The position numbers and the translations under genes were made by a program. From positions 988,047 to 1,052,046 of the forward strand of contig NW_003314304.1 of NCBI RefSeq assembly GCF_000143415.4: DNA of 64,000 bases. Reading direction: 5' to 3'. Under the pieces are notes generated by a model that worked only from the letters and a program-made list of their open reading frames with translations, was not told the DNA's origin and searched no databases. Below, piece after piece: positions 1-15,557 of the stretch. Source of the DNA: Selaginella moellendorffii. Its lineage: Eukaryota; Plantae; Lycopodiophyta. How positions within the stretch are numbered: position 1 is the stretch's first letter; each line of letters starts with the position of its first letter.

Positions 1-3000
1 ACCCTGAGCTTCAAACTTCGCTGCCTTCAAACTTCCGGACTCGTTCGTAGTGACTCCAACAAGCTTCAAACCCGACTTGACAGCTACTTGACACCAAGCC
101 AGCTCCTCCAGCAAACAACTCAAAATGTTTGCATCCCCGTGGACGTACTTGTTCGTCAACTTCTTCTCAGCGTGGCACAGTACGATGTTCGATCCCCTCA
201 GTCCTCTGGAAAGCAAGAGCTGGATAACGTAGAAAGCTTCTAAAGTGGAGCCGTAAACCACTGCGTGACCTTCACCGTCGACAAGGACTTCGCGGGGGAC
301 TTTAAGCTTCTCAAGTGACCCTGTAATGACGTCCAGCCTCGCAAGGAACTCATCCGCCCGGATAACTTCCTTCACTGCACTGATCCCAAGCTTGCACCCC
401 GTCTGGTCTTGCATCCCGGTTGTCATAATGAAGAGATCATACGATAGAACTTCCCCGTTCTTGAGTGTTATCGTCTGCGCTTCTCTGTCGAAGTCAGTCA
501 CGAGAGACGACTTTAGTCCGACCTGGCAATCAATCCCGAGCTTACTGAAGCACCGTGCCGGGCCTGATTCTACGTCGAGAATGGAAGCTGCTGACGACGA
601 GAATCCCATAAAACCGCACGGAGATACCAACGTGACGTTTGTAAACTGCATCAGAGGATTCGCAATGAGCTTGTGAAGAAAAGCCTCCGCGGTGCGCGAC
701 GCACCGGCAACTAAAATTTTCGAGTTGACAGGAATCCTGTGCCTGCTTGTAAGCCTGTGAGTGGTGAAGTAAAGCGCACAGTCGAATCCGGAAAATAGTC
801 CCCTTGGTGAGAAGTTTGCAACTGACCCTCGCCGTAAGGCTCTTTTGGACGGTCCAATAGTCTCGGGATGTCTGCCCCACTTCTGAGAGGGGCTCATATA
901 AACGTGTTGTCTTGCGGGAATTAGCAGCATGTCTTCAATAACGTCGGGAAGATCCTGGTCTGGAAAAATGGGGCAGTAGAGCAGCGTTTTCTCTGTCTGG
1001 CGCATGATCTCTCTCAGGAATAGTCTTCTGCGATGACGAAAAATTGGACTCAGTGCCAAAAGAGTAACGCACGCTTGGTTTGCTGGAGGGTGATGTTCCA
1101 GATTGATGAAGGACTTGACGCAAAACTGCGTTGTCAGAGCTTCCACAGGAACGGTCTCCTCAATCATTGCCAAGCCAACAATTTGAGCAGACAGCACAGC
1201 GACTATGGTATGGCCTGGTTGGAGTACGAAAGGTTACACGACATCAGTACAAAAAAACTCTAGTACTTACATCCTTTTCGTGGATGCTCGACCAAGTCGA
1301 CAATGCTCTTGCAGTCCTTAAAATCTGCCAAGAACTCCGCAAGAGCATCAGCATCGCGGGACATAGTATGTCGGACTTCAAATCCCTGATCATTTCAGTA
1401 AGAAGTTCTGTAAAACTCACGTACTCAGAACTGGCTTCTTGTCACCAAAAGTTACTTACAGGAGCCAAAGAATCACGGTGAAGAAGATATAGGCATAAAT
1501 GAGCGATTGACAGGTCTGGGGGATGATCCGTCATCATACGAGTTTCCGGCAGCTTGACGTTTTCAATTTTCCTTGAAGATCTGCAGGGTACTCTCGCAAA
1601 CAGTCGGAGCAACGGATGTATCCGACTGGTGTATGGAAAGCCCACCAAACAGTAATCTCTAGTCTCTAGCTTCAATCACAACGTATCATACAGTCAGACA
1701 CCGCAAAAAGAAATGACATAAAAACTTTACACTGACCTCGAAAGCCGACATAACGAAGTCAATGCCCTGATTTTCAAACTCTTCCTCGATGCAAAGCATG
1801 CTGATTTGGAACGCGTTCGTAATCTCCACAGGAACGTCGACTTCCACGACTCGAAATTTTGGTGCTTCCTCAGCCTTCATTTCAGCAATATCAGTAACCT
1901 GCTGAGTGACCTGTTGCGGAACTGGAGAAGGAACTGGAGAAGGAGATGGGGGAGCAGGAGCTGGAGAAGGAGCAGGAGAAGGAGACGGAGCAGGAGAATT
2001 CGAAGAGGCCGGAGAAGGAGCAGCAGGAGCCTCCGCTTGGTTTTGTGTCACTTCCGGAGTTGGTGTGCTTGCTGGTGTGCTTAACGGTGTACTCCCTGGT
2101 GTAGCTTCAGCCGAAGAATTTTGAGCAGCCACAGGCTCTTGGACAGTAAATTCGAATTTTCTCGTCACCTTTAACATGGAAAACAGTTAAAACTTAGAAC
2201 GGATGGATTTCACGTTACCTTCTTTGTCAGCGCGTCATAGTCATCAGTATTGAAATTGAAGCAATAGTCATTGCTGATTAGAGCAGTGATGGCCATCAGT
2301 CCAACGATCTTATCGTCCACCTGCAAGTGACAACACTGGCTACTGCATGAGGCATACAGATAGTAGAAAATTTACCTCGGCCACAAAAACGGTATTGTCT
2401 TTATCTTGAGCAGCAATGAGTCTAGCAACTGCGTAAGGCTGAGACGGAATTGCGATTTCAGGCACTTGAGCCAACGGCGAGCCCCTCTTCTGAGCCCGCT
2501 CAATGACCGGAAGCAGCTCATCATTGTCCTCAACCACAGCCCTTCTGATTTTCATGGTCGGAAGAACTGTGCTGGACATTTACAAACAAATCATCCAGTA
2601 AGCCGGCTTCATGGGTTATTAATGCTGAGAGAAGGAAAGATGACATTAAAAGCTTAGTAATCACAAGATAGGACCCGAACCTTCGCAAGCATGCACACAT
2701 GAGAAGCCCATAATCAGAAGTCCGTGACATCGTCTTGAATAACTGGGGAAAAACTGGATATTGCGCAGGGCCTACAAACCGATACAAAGTTTACACTCAA
2801 TTCTCTCGTGTGTATAACGAAAACTTACTTGGAAGAAGAACAGCTTGGATATCGGGACAAAGGGTAAAGACAGCGCGCATAAAAGCTGATGAAGCACGCT
2901 GCATTTCATCCTCAGTAAGCGAGCACATCGCACACACCCCCATCCATAACAAGCTATCCGTCTGTGATAGGAAAAAACCACGTTAAAACATCATACTCGC

Positions 3001-3481
3001 GAGAGTAAGAAACTTGCCAGGAATCCAAGATCCGATGCTTCTTGCCTCGCCCAAGCTCTAGCGTCAGGAATTTTTCTCATTGCAACAGTCCCGGGAACTG
3101 ATGGCGCGTCGTTGAAAGAACAAAACGCCACCAATTTGTCGTCGGCATTCAGCACCACAAACGAGTAGATGGACATCTCACTGCACGGTCACAAGAGATA
3201 GAATCAAAACTAAAGAGCATGGAATTTCTAGCAGCAGGCAATAAGGAGAGAATCTAAGGCAATGCGCTGCGAGATCTTAGCAACAGGAAGGAGAGAATCT
3301 AAGGGATCGCTAGCAACAGAAGAAAGAAACAAAATTCTTACATGATGAAATGGAAATCGAAAGCTCCAAATGTGGATTGAAGCGCCACGCGCTGAGGCAG
3401 GAATGCGGCCGTGGCGGCATCGGCATCCTCGGCGGCCGCCAGGCGGAGCTTGAATCCTCCGCACAGGCTGAGCGCTTCCAT
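1..3481 (-). CDS. CFAP61: Cilia/flagella-associated protein 61 homolog (multi-exon; 3' end runs off window)
   Basis: ATG at 3481 (MEALSLCGGFKLRLAAAEDA...). Later exons include IRRAVVEDNDELLPVIE, NAFQISMLCIEEEFENQGIDF and an FAD/NAD-binding-like region (HAVVYGSTLEAFYVIQLLL). Short GT-AG introns. Recognised from memory of the family. Confidence 0.75.
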
Positions 3482-3650
3482 TTTCCTCCTTTTGCTCAAA
3501 CCCTAGAAACAAACTACCTCAAGAACAGCATATTCTGTTATATGCCCTAAAACCATTGGCGTTGGGGATCTCGCGGAGGGGACGGACGAGCGCAGCTAGA
3601 GCGAGCCTCTTAATTGTGGAGATTCTAGGTCTGTGATGTGAGAGCAAGCA

Positions 3651-5277
3651 ATGGCGATGTCCAGCTTGCTTCCAGGCGCCACTACGCGAGGGATCTTCGC
3701 ATCGTCGTCCTCTGTGCTTCCTTGCGCTGGATCTCGCGTCGAAAGGTGCAATGCGAGGCGATTAGCGCCGATCCGGTGTGTCGGCGTCCAGGCCGAGACG
3801 ATTGCAGCGGATAATCTCTTCCGGGATTACAAGCCGCGGACAGCATTTCTCTTCCCTGGACAGGTGAAAGGCTGCGAATTTTTTGGTTCTTCTTTTTCTC
3901 GTTGTCACGAGTTTTGTGTGTTGTTGATCGATCAAAGGGAGCGCAAGAGCTGGGAATGGGAAAGAGTGCGCATGAAGTAGGAGAAGCAGCAGCGCTCTTT
4001 GCAAAAGCCAGCAACATTCTTGGGTGAGTTTCTGGAGCTCTTCTCTCTCTCTCTTTTTCTCTTTAAGTATAGCGTTTCTTCCTGATAGGTACGATCTTCT
4101 CGATGTTTGCATGAATGGGCCAAAGGAGAAGCTCGATTCTACTGTCATCAGCCAGGTTTGTGAATTCTATTGTCTTTGTATGAGTAAAGCTAACTATTTG
4201 ATCGTAGCCCGCTATCTATGTTGCTAGCTTGGCTGCAGTGGAAGCCTTGCGAGCACGCGAAGGAGGCCAGGCCATCATCGATTCGATTGACGTAGCATGC
4301 GGGTTGAGCCTTGGCGAGTATACCGCACTCGTTTTTGCTGGTGTGCTCAGGTAGCTTTCGTTGAGTTTAGCCGCATTAGTGTCTCATTTTTCTTTCCTTT
4401 TCCAGCTTTGAAGATGGCCTGAAGGTTGTAAAAAAGCGAGGCGAAGCCATGCAGGTTCTCCTTTTACTGAGGCTTTGGCTTCTAGACTAATCTATTCATC
4501 TCAGGCTGCATCAGACGCGACAAAAGGGGGGATGGCCAGTGTCATCGGGCTCGATCCAGTGAAAGTTCAAGCTTTGTGTGATGCGGCCAACGAAGAAGTT
4601 AGTGAAGAAGATCGAGTTCAAATTGCCAACTTTCTGTGTCCTGTAAGTGAAGTGCCTGCGTCCGGCCTCTCATTTTCTGCCGGTTTTTTCATTTCTCGTC
4701 CAGGGAAACTACGCCGTTTCTGGCGGTCTCAAAGGTATCGACGCTGTGGAGGCAAAAGCGAAAAGTTTCAAGGCTCGAATGCTGGTAAGCTTGCGCCAAA
4801 AGGTTGAATCCAATACATACTTGATCGTAATCGCAGGTAAGACTGGCAGTAGCAGGAGCTTTCCATACGCAATACATGGCTTCTGCCGTGCCAACGCTAG
4901 AGGCTGCTCTAGCCGACATCGAATTCAAAGTTCCCAGGATCCCGGTGATTTCAAACGTTGACGCGCAGCCTCACTCGGATCCCAAAATCATCAAGGAGAT
5001 ACTCGCTAAGCAAGTAAGGAAGATTTTACCTCTCGTGACTCGTGACTCTTGACTGGTTGATCCATGATACAGGTAACCTCGCCAGTCCAATGGGAGACCA
5101 CCGTGAAAACGCTGCTCAGCAGAGGACTTGAAAATGCCTACGAACTTGGCCCGGGAAAGGTCGGATAGTTGGCTGCGTTGTTAAGAAAAGCTAAAGTAGT
5201 TTGCGATGCAGGTGATCTCGGGTATTTTCAAGCGTGTTGACAAGAACAGCCCGCCCGTCACAAACGTGAGCGTGTGA
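3651..5277 (+). CDS. MCAT: Malonyl-CoA:ACP transacylase, organelle-targeted (multi-exon)
   Basis: Transit-peptide-like N-terminus, then AFLFPGQGAQ, GLSLGEY (catalytic Ser), IANFLCPGNY, AGAFHT, QVTSPVQWE and ELGPGKV. Stop TGA at 5275-5277. Confidence 0.95.
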
Positions 5278-5543
5278 GTTAAGTATTTCATCTCAACTAA
5301 TTTTGCCAAAGCACTGAGCCTTTAACGAAGGTTGGAAGCCTTTTTCAGATGATAATATTCAGTGTGCTAGCATTACCAGAAAATGCATGAAGAACACTAC
5401 AAAAATTTTCTAGAGGTCTACTGTTTTGAGAAAACCTTGTTGATTTCTTTCTTCAGATCAAAGCTTTACAGAAATCAAAGTGAGATTGATATGACAAACA
5501 GGAGAATGCATTCTCAAAAACTTTTGACTGTTTCTCCTTTTGC

Positions 5544-6878
5544 TTAAATCTGCTTCTCCTTCTGAATCGTCCTTAGAATGTGAGAAATGGTGCCAGCTGC
5601 TATAAAGAGCCCAGTCCCAGATCCAATCACTCCCATCATACTCGCCACCACGGAAACAACACCAATGCCAAATCCTCCAAGTGCTGCCGCTGCTGGAATG
5701 TATCGATCAAGCTCTTTGTGGAGGTGGGAGCTCCTGTGTCCCACGATCGTCAACCCTTCCTCTCTCCACTGTTTCGCTACATCCTTGGAAGACGATCCAG
5801 ACAACTCAATCCACGCTTTGGAAAGTAAAGTGCAAGACACCACCGTGAACGCAGAGTAGACGAGAAAATGGAGTGGCTCTTGGATCACGCTCGCTGGAGG
5901 ATGAAAAAAGTTGTAAATCATCCCACCGAGAGCTCCCATCACGAAATTGTTGTAGCCCAAGATCTGACCCATGCATTCGTAGGTCTTCCCCAGACTACTC
6001 GCGAACTGGGATAAAAGCATCACTGGCGTTGTTGCAGTGTAAAACAGCTCGATCGGATACTCCATTCGCCGCCCTTTCGGATTGATCACTTTGATCACCA
6101 CGCTGAGAGACTGAAGAAATAAAATCACGCCAATCGCTGCGATAGTCAGCAGCAGCGTCCAAAGATTTGGGAGGTGACTTCGGAAGAAGATACTCCGGAT
6201 GGTTCTCATGTTGAAACCGCCATGGAACAATCCTCGAAAAGCTTCCACTATGGCGCCTTCGAATTCAACTCGCCCTCGAAAGTTGGCGGTGACGGGACTG
6301 AACGAATGCCATATCAAGCTCTCTGCAACATTGCATGCCGCAAACAAAGAACCCGCTGAGGTCCCGACTCCATATCCTTTCTCCAAAACCTCGTCGAGAA
6401 ACATGATCATCAAAACTGTGGAAACAAGTTGCAGCACCACCATGATTGAACTTATCACTCCGATCGATCCATACATCCCGCCAGCAACGTTCATGGTTGC
6501 CAAAACCAGCGTCAAGAACAGTCCCCCAACCTTTTGTACCATTTTCATGGATTTCGTGTCCTTGAAGCTTAGGATCTTGCCACCGGCCATCACTTGCACT
6601 GCCATGTTTGTGGTGATGAGCGGTGCGATTCCCAATTCCATGAGCGTCCCGTGGCTTGAATTTGTGAGTAACTGATAAGGATTCTCGCTGAGAGATTTGG
6701 TGATGCCAAACACTGGTAGTCTACTGCTGACGATGAGGAGAGAAACACATAAACCTGTGTTTAGAAGCCTCTGCTCTAGCGGAATTGGGAGCTTGGGACG
6801 ATCGATCTCCATGTTGAGTAGCCTGGTAGCCCCTGTAAACAATCTATCCGCAAATCCTTTCATCTTGGACAAAGCCAT
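5544..6878 (-). CDS. SEC61A: Divergent, intronless Sec61 alpha (SecY family) translocon subunit
   Basis: 444-aa ORF with GTLMELGIAP, LDEVLEKGYG, FEGAIV, YPIELFYT, SKAWIELSGSSSKDVAKQ, ELDRYIPAAAALGG and IGSGTG. TATA-like TATAAATAAG on the - strand at 6911-6920. Confidence 0.9.
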   Translation of the reverse strand: MALSKMKGFADRLFTGATRLLNMEIDRPKLPIPLEQRLLNTGLCVSLLIVSSRLPVFGITKSLSENPYQLLTNSSHGTLMELGIAPLITTNMAVQVMAGGKILSFKDTKSMKMVQKVGGLFLTLVLATMNVAGGMYGSIGVISSIMVVLQLVSTVLMIMFLDEVLEKGYGVGTSAGSLFAACNVAESLIWHSFSPVTANFRGRVEFEGAIVEAFRGLFHGGFNMRTIRSIFFRSHLPNLWTLLLTIAAIGVILFLQSLSVVIKVINPKGRRMEYPIELFYTATTPVMLLSQFASSLGKTYECMGQILGYNNFVMGALGGMIYNFFHPPASVIQEPLHFLVYSAFTVVSCTLLSKAWIELSGSSSKDVAKQWREEGLTIVGHRSSHLHKELDRYIPAAAALGGFGIGVVSVVASMMGVIGSGTGLFIAAGTISHILRTIQKEKQI

Positions 6879-9096
6879 GACTAAAGATTAGGTTTTGTCG
6901 AGATTGGTAGCTTATTTATAAAAGGACAAAAGGGTAGAGGAAAAAGGTTTTAAGCATAAAAGAAAATGTTTGGTTTGAGCAAGAGTTTAGTTGAAGCTCT
7001 GCTTTCAATTATAGGATCCTGGATCGAATTGAATGTGAGCTTATGTTGTGATCCACAACAAGATTAGTGTAGATATATGTTGGCGAGATGGGCATCTCTT
7101 GCTCCTCTGTGACATTTCCAAGAGTGAATGCTGACTGATGAATAGGGATACTGATTAATCATGGACACCAACACAGACAAGAGCTCCTTCTATTTGAGGA
7201 GCAAACACTAGAAACAACACTAAAGCAGCCTTCATAGGTAAAACGAAGGAGCTTGATGAACTAGGCTCAATCAATGCCTGTTGAAAAATGGTTGAGCTTG
7301 GGAGACCTTACATGCTATTGACAAGATCCACCGGTCTTTACTCCATGCAATCACATTATTAGAACTCTAGCTTTAACAGAAATCTATCAATATATCAGAG
7401 CGGTTTCACAAGGACTTTAATATGAAAAAATAAAGAAATAAATAAGTTTGCCTTTTAGATATAAATTAAATCTGATCAGAGCCCTGGGACGCTGAATAAA
7501 CTTGTTAGTTTTTATGTGTTTTTTTTTGTTCAAAAGTCAAAGGTATTATTATAAGCATTATTATTTAATCAAGCACAAAGCTCAAATTCAAAGTGTTAAA
7601 ACAAACAAGAGCGTAGATAGCAGAGGCAAGAATTTATTGGTTTTATGATCAATATATCATAAAATATCAGAGCAGTGTAGGTAAATATGCAATTTTTCTG
7701 GTTCGAAATAATATCAGAGCATCCTGGACCTGTGGGTTATGAGCACTGCGCCACTCTGTTATGAGGAACTTTCTCCTACCCATCTCCAAGTCTCGGATTT
7801 TCCTGGTGATAGATAGTCAAAGGAGGTTTTGGATGGCAATAAAGGCAAATAGAAGAATTTTAAAGGAATATACTTCTAGGGAAGATATGGTTTTAGCATA
7901 GGCATTAGCTTGCATTATTTTGTTTAAATTTATTTTTAGGCTAAAAAATATGAATGTTAAACCTTAATGAATTATTAAAAGTTTCTTTTGTCCTTTTTGT
8001 AATATTTTTTAGTCATGAAAATTCTATATATAACTTGTATTGTATTATTAATATTTTAAATAAAATTAAAAATAGTAGTATTTAAGATATTATTAATGGA
8101 TGTTTCCAAAAAAAACCAAGCTTTGTGTCAGAGTGTAAGTGATTTTAGAGATGCTCAGATTTAAGTTTCCCTTGAGAAATGGAAAGACAACAAAAAATTT
8201 ACTAAAAATATTTATATTTGCTATTAATATTTTCTACTATAAATTGTGTGTTGGTTAGTAGCTGTGAATTAATTAAAGTTTTCTTAAATTATTGCATGTT
8301 AAATTTTCAGCTTGGTAAAAAAATGTCATAATTGACGTAAATTGAAAATTATTATAGATGAATTTTAAAATTTTAAATAATTCCTATGACATTAAAAGTA
8401 GTGATTTTTTACATAATATGAATTGTTACTTAAGAAAAGAAAAAAAACACAGAAAAAAGTGAAAAAAAAGTGGAAAGAAAAGAAAAGGAAAAAAAGAAAA
8501 ATGCAAGAACCAAACTTTCTTTGTCTCGGAGTTTGACGGACTTGCTGGAGGCAAAGCTGATTTAGAGGAGCAATTCTCCAAGCAAAAATTTCTTTCACTA
8601 CTGCACCCTTTCTCTGTCTAGAATAAAATGCAAGCAAAGAAATCTCTCATACTTGATCGATTCCTCGCTCTGAATCGTGATCAACAGCTCCTCCCGACCC
8701 CTCAAATACATCGTGAAATGCCGAAAAACCTGGGAAGAATGCCAATCAGCGCAGACCTATGTTTATATATTATTTTACAAACCACCATGCAATGATTATT
8801 ATATATAACTTTTATATATTATATAATAGAAGTAATTTCTCAGTATTTTTTATAGTCTTGCCATGACACTATGACGAGTGGTTTCGTCTATGTCTAGCAC
8901 AACACCAACTCTTGCATAATATAGAGATAATCATCAATTAACAAAACAAATCAAAGGCTTAAAATAAACTAATGGACCGAACTAACTTTACTTCCACCCC
9001 AAGAAAAGGGGAGCATATCTCCCAAAAGGATATTCTTGGTATTTAATCGAGCTCAACCTAAAATCGGAAGTAGTTTATTCTTGGTTCTTAGGTAGT

Positions 9097-9819
9097 ATGG
9101 GAAGGGGCGGCCACAAGAAGCATGGATGGGAGCGCCCTAGGCACGACCAGGAGGGCTCGATCATCAACGCCAAGCCCAGCAAGCCCCGGAATTCGTCCAG
9201 GAATGGCGAGCGCCACACGCAGCCGCTGTGCAAATCCAGGGCCAAGTCCAAGGGCAATCGCAAGGCCCAAGGCCACGACCTTGGGGCCGATTACAGGCTC
9301 TACAACTGGACGCCCTTTGCTAGGGAATCCGTGAAGAAGGTTTCCCTGGATGTGGATCGCTACAAGGAGGATCTAGGGATCGCGCTCTCCCTCTCGCTCC
9401 TGGAGAGCCACAAGGCGGCCGCGGCGCTGGGCAAGAAATCCAAGGCGCCCATCGTTGAGGCGGTGGAGGAATTCCAGGAATACCAGGAATTTGAGGAGGA
9501 TTCCGAGGATTTTGAGGGGGATTTCGAGGAGGACGACGCTTCCCTGCCGGAGATTGTATCGGAGGATGGCGATGATACCCTAGCCCGGCAGGGGACCGCG
9601 ATTGAGGAGGAGATTGGGGGCGAATTTGCCCCCGAGATTGACAATCTCTGCGGGGATCTCACTGGAGTCGAGGACGTGTCAAGCGATGGCGACGGCGGAT
9701 GGAGCTGGGAATCGTTCTCCTCGGCCTCGGATGATCGAGAGGTGGACGAAGACGAGGAGTATGAATTCGTGGACGAAATCCGCGAGGACGAGAATTGGTC
9801 CATGGTCCCCGCTTGCTGA
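9097..9819 (+). CDS. Acidic protein of unknown function with UIM-like and AIM/LIR-like motifs
   Basis: Single 240-aa ORF with coding-like GC content in AT-rich flanks. Basic N-terminus, KEDLGIALSLSLLE, and an acidic C-terminus ending EDENWSMVPAC. Confidence 0.65.
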   Translation: MGRGGHKKHGWERPRHDQEGSIINAKPSKPRNSSRNGERHTQPLCKSRAKSKGNRKAQGHDLGADYRLYNWTPFARESVKKVSLDVDRYKEDLGIALSLSLLESHKAAAALGKKSKAPIVEAVEEFQEYQEFEEDSEDFEGDFEEDDASLPEIVSEDGDDTLARQGTAIEEEIGGEFAPEIDNLCGDLTGVEDVSSDGDGGWSWESFSSASDDREVDEDEEYEFVDEIREDENWSMVPAC

Positions 9820-9904
9820 TTGATCGCTCTCCTGTGATTTCTTTGCTTGTTCTCGATTTCCCTCCTCACACTGTACATAGCATTGTTTTACTAAATATGA
9901 AAAT

Positions 9905-9970
9905 TTTGGGCCATGGCCCATGGTCCAATTGCTTCGATCACTGGCCACTGGGGGAAATATTTTAGGGTTT
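9905..9970 (+). promoter_or_regulatory. Site-II (TGGGCC) elements and telo-box upstream of PEX6
   Basis: TGGGCC/GGCCCA at ~9907-9920 and TAGGGTTT at 9963-9970, immediately before the ATG at 9977. Confidence 0.5.
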
Positions 9971-9976
9971 ATCGCC

Positions 9977-13329
<3,353 letters not shown>

Positions 13330-13485
13330 CATCGGAGAGACGTCACAGCGCACGTCTGAGTGAGATCATCGCATCAAACAATCAAATCAGCTAACCGGAG
13401 GAGAACGAAGCAGAGAGAGTTAAACCACTGGGTACGTTTTTTTTCTTTTCAAATGCAAGTGGAAGAACAAAAAAGAAGACTCTCC

Positions 13486-13851
13486 TCACTTATCCTTCCC
13501 AGACTCAAATGTCGCTTTGGAACCCTCCTTGACATGGTCGGCGGCACCCTTGACAGTGTCCTTGGCGCCCTCGACGCTCTCGGAGGCGGAGCTCTTGGCA
13601 TCCTCGACTTTCTGGGAGGCGGAGTCTTTGGCATCCTTGACAGACTCCTGGGCGTTGTGAGTGCTCTCCGGCATCGCACTCGTCGGCTGCTTTCCATGCG
13701 CCGCTGCTTGCTCCTTGCCCGCGTCAGCGGTCATATCCTGCACTAGAAACGAATCCTCCACATCGGGGGCCTTGCCTGCGATCGCTCCTATCGTCACTGG
13801 GAATTGCTGGTTGTCTTCCTCGCGCTTGGCGAGACTACCGCCTTCTTCCAT
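13486..13851 (-). CDS. Group-3 LEA-like hydrophilin
   Basis: 121 aa with 11-mer-like repeats (AQESVKDAKDS / ASQKVEDAKSS / ASESVEGAKDT). ABRE-rich promoter. Confidence 0.75.
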   Translation of the reverse strand: MEEGGSLAKREEDNQQFPVTIGAIAGKAPDVEDSFLVQDMTADAGKEQAAAHGKQPTSAMPESTHNAQESVKDAKDSASQKVEDAKSSASESVEGAKDTVKGAADHVKEGSKATFESGKDK

Positions 13852-13898
13852 CTCTAAAACAGAGAAAACCGTGTGAAGGGACTCGTCTGGGCTCGGCC

Positions 13899-14027
13899 TT
13901 TATAAAGAGGATACGTATGGGCTGTTTCTAGGCTGCCAAGTGTTTCGACACGTGCCAGTAGGGGAACGTGCCAAATCGGCTGACTTACTGGGTGCCAACA
14001 ATCCAAGTCGGTTCTAATCCACGTGGC
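13899..14027 (-). promoter_or_regulatory. TATA box and ABRE/G-box cluster of the LEA gene
   Basis: TTTATAAA at 13899-13906, GACACGTG at 13947-13954, AACGTG at ~13965 and CCACGTGGC at 14019-14027. Confidence 0.7.
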
Positions 14028-15557
14028 ACATTGATAAATGTGTCTGGCTTGAGCTGTTGCTGCTAGCTCTTTTTCCTCTTCTTCCCCTAGCTGCTCCTGA
14101 GTTTGTCTAATTTGCCAAGTGCAGCTCCTGGGGCCTTCTTGTAGTAGGAATGCTGCTCACCAACTTGAGAGATGATGAATCTTTGCTACTCCTAACTTCT
14201 AGACTGTAACAAAAATCTTTCTTACATACTACTTTGTTCTCAAACATGATTGGAAACACGGTTGGTCTATGGCTGTTTGCAATGCACACCAAGATTTTTC
14301 AAGTTAGCTTGCCCAAGAATGTAACAAAGACTTTCTTGCACTAGAACTTGCTCCTGATCACTCCAACTCACTGAAGAACTCTTTTAAGATTTTCAAGATC
14401 ATTGTGTTTCCATAGCTAATTAGAACTCTAAGGTTCCCTTCATACAAACACTAAGAGAAAGGATAAGTTTGGAATCCTCTACAGACATTTCAAAACTTCT
14501 TTGAACACACTTAAGTTTTTATTACAAGCTTGGGAACATTATTGCAAGTTATAAAGAACACTTTCTACTTTTTAAAGAAGATAAAAAATTTGTTTTTAAG
14601 TCATGATTATTAAAAGGGTGAAGCTTATCGTTGCCCTTTCATTTTAAGATTATTTTCATGTTTATAATGCTTATCATCTCCTAAAATCTTGGATTATTAT
14701 TTTGAATTTTTGCCATCTCTTTGCTTATCTAGACATTTATCTAAATCTATTCAATTTCCCCAATTTGCCTCGCATTTACTAGGTGTCCTATTTAATTTTT
14801 CTTATATAAATTATTTTTTTAAATTTTAGATGTTTTTATATATTGTAACAATGTGAAATTTATATCTTTGGTAACCATTCTGATAAAACAATTCACTTAA
14901 AAACTATATAAAACTAAATAAATTAAATTTATTTTTAATTAGAATAGATAAATTAAAATAGTAAAAATTTGAATTAGATCAAAACAAATTTAAGATAACA
15001 TTGTCAAAGATATTCTTTTTCTTGAACATATTGATATAATGTTTTAATAAAATTAATATGCATAAAAATATAAAAGGAATAAAACTTGAATATATATAAA
15101 TAATTGCCCCTAAGAATATTAAGATAATTTTCCACAAGAAGATTATAAATATAGTTAATTCTGAAAAAAATTACCCATGATAAGAAAAAAATTAGATTGA
15201 TCTGAAAAATAATTATTATTTACCTATATTACATTTATGTTACTACCATTCTCTACTTAATAAATAATATTGCAAAAACGGTTTAATAATAAAATTCCTG
15301 ATATTCAAGTGGACCACAGTCAAAGTCAATAAAGAGTCGTTCTAATACGACATTTCAATCCACAGTTGAGACCCAGAAATCGTGGCAAGCACCACCACGT
15401 TGTCGTCTCCTATTTGGAAGCAAGGATTCCCACTCCTTCCATAAGCTTCTAAAAATTGTATCAAGCTGGCCCCTATAAAACAACGACTACAATGCTCCTT
15501 TGCTGCAGCAAATGTAAGAGAGCCGCGCAGCGCAACACACACACAGTACTCCTCGCA

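Noticed and set aside
15456-15557. Upstream start of the 716-aa LRR ORF
   Set aside because: The track start is not an ATG, and the signal peptide begins at ATG 15558.
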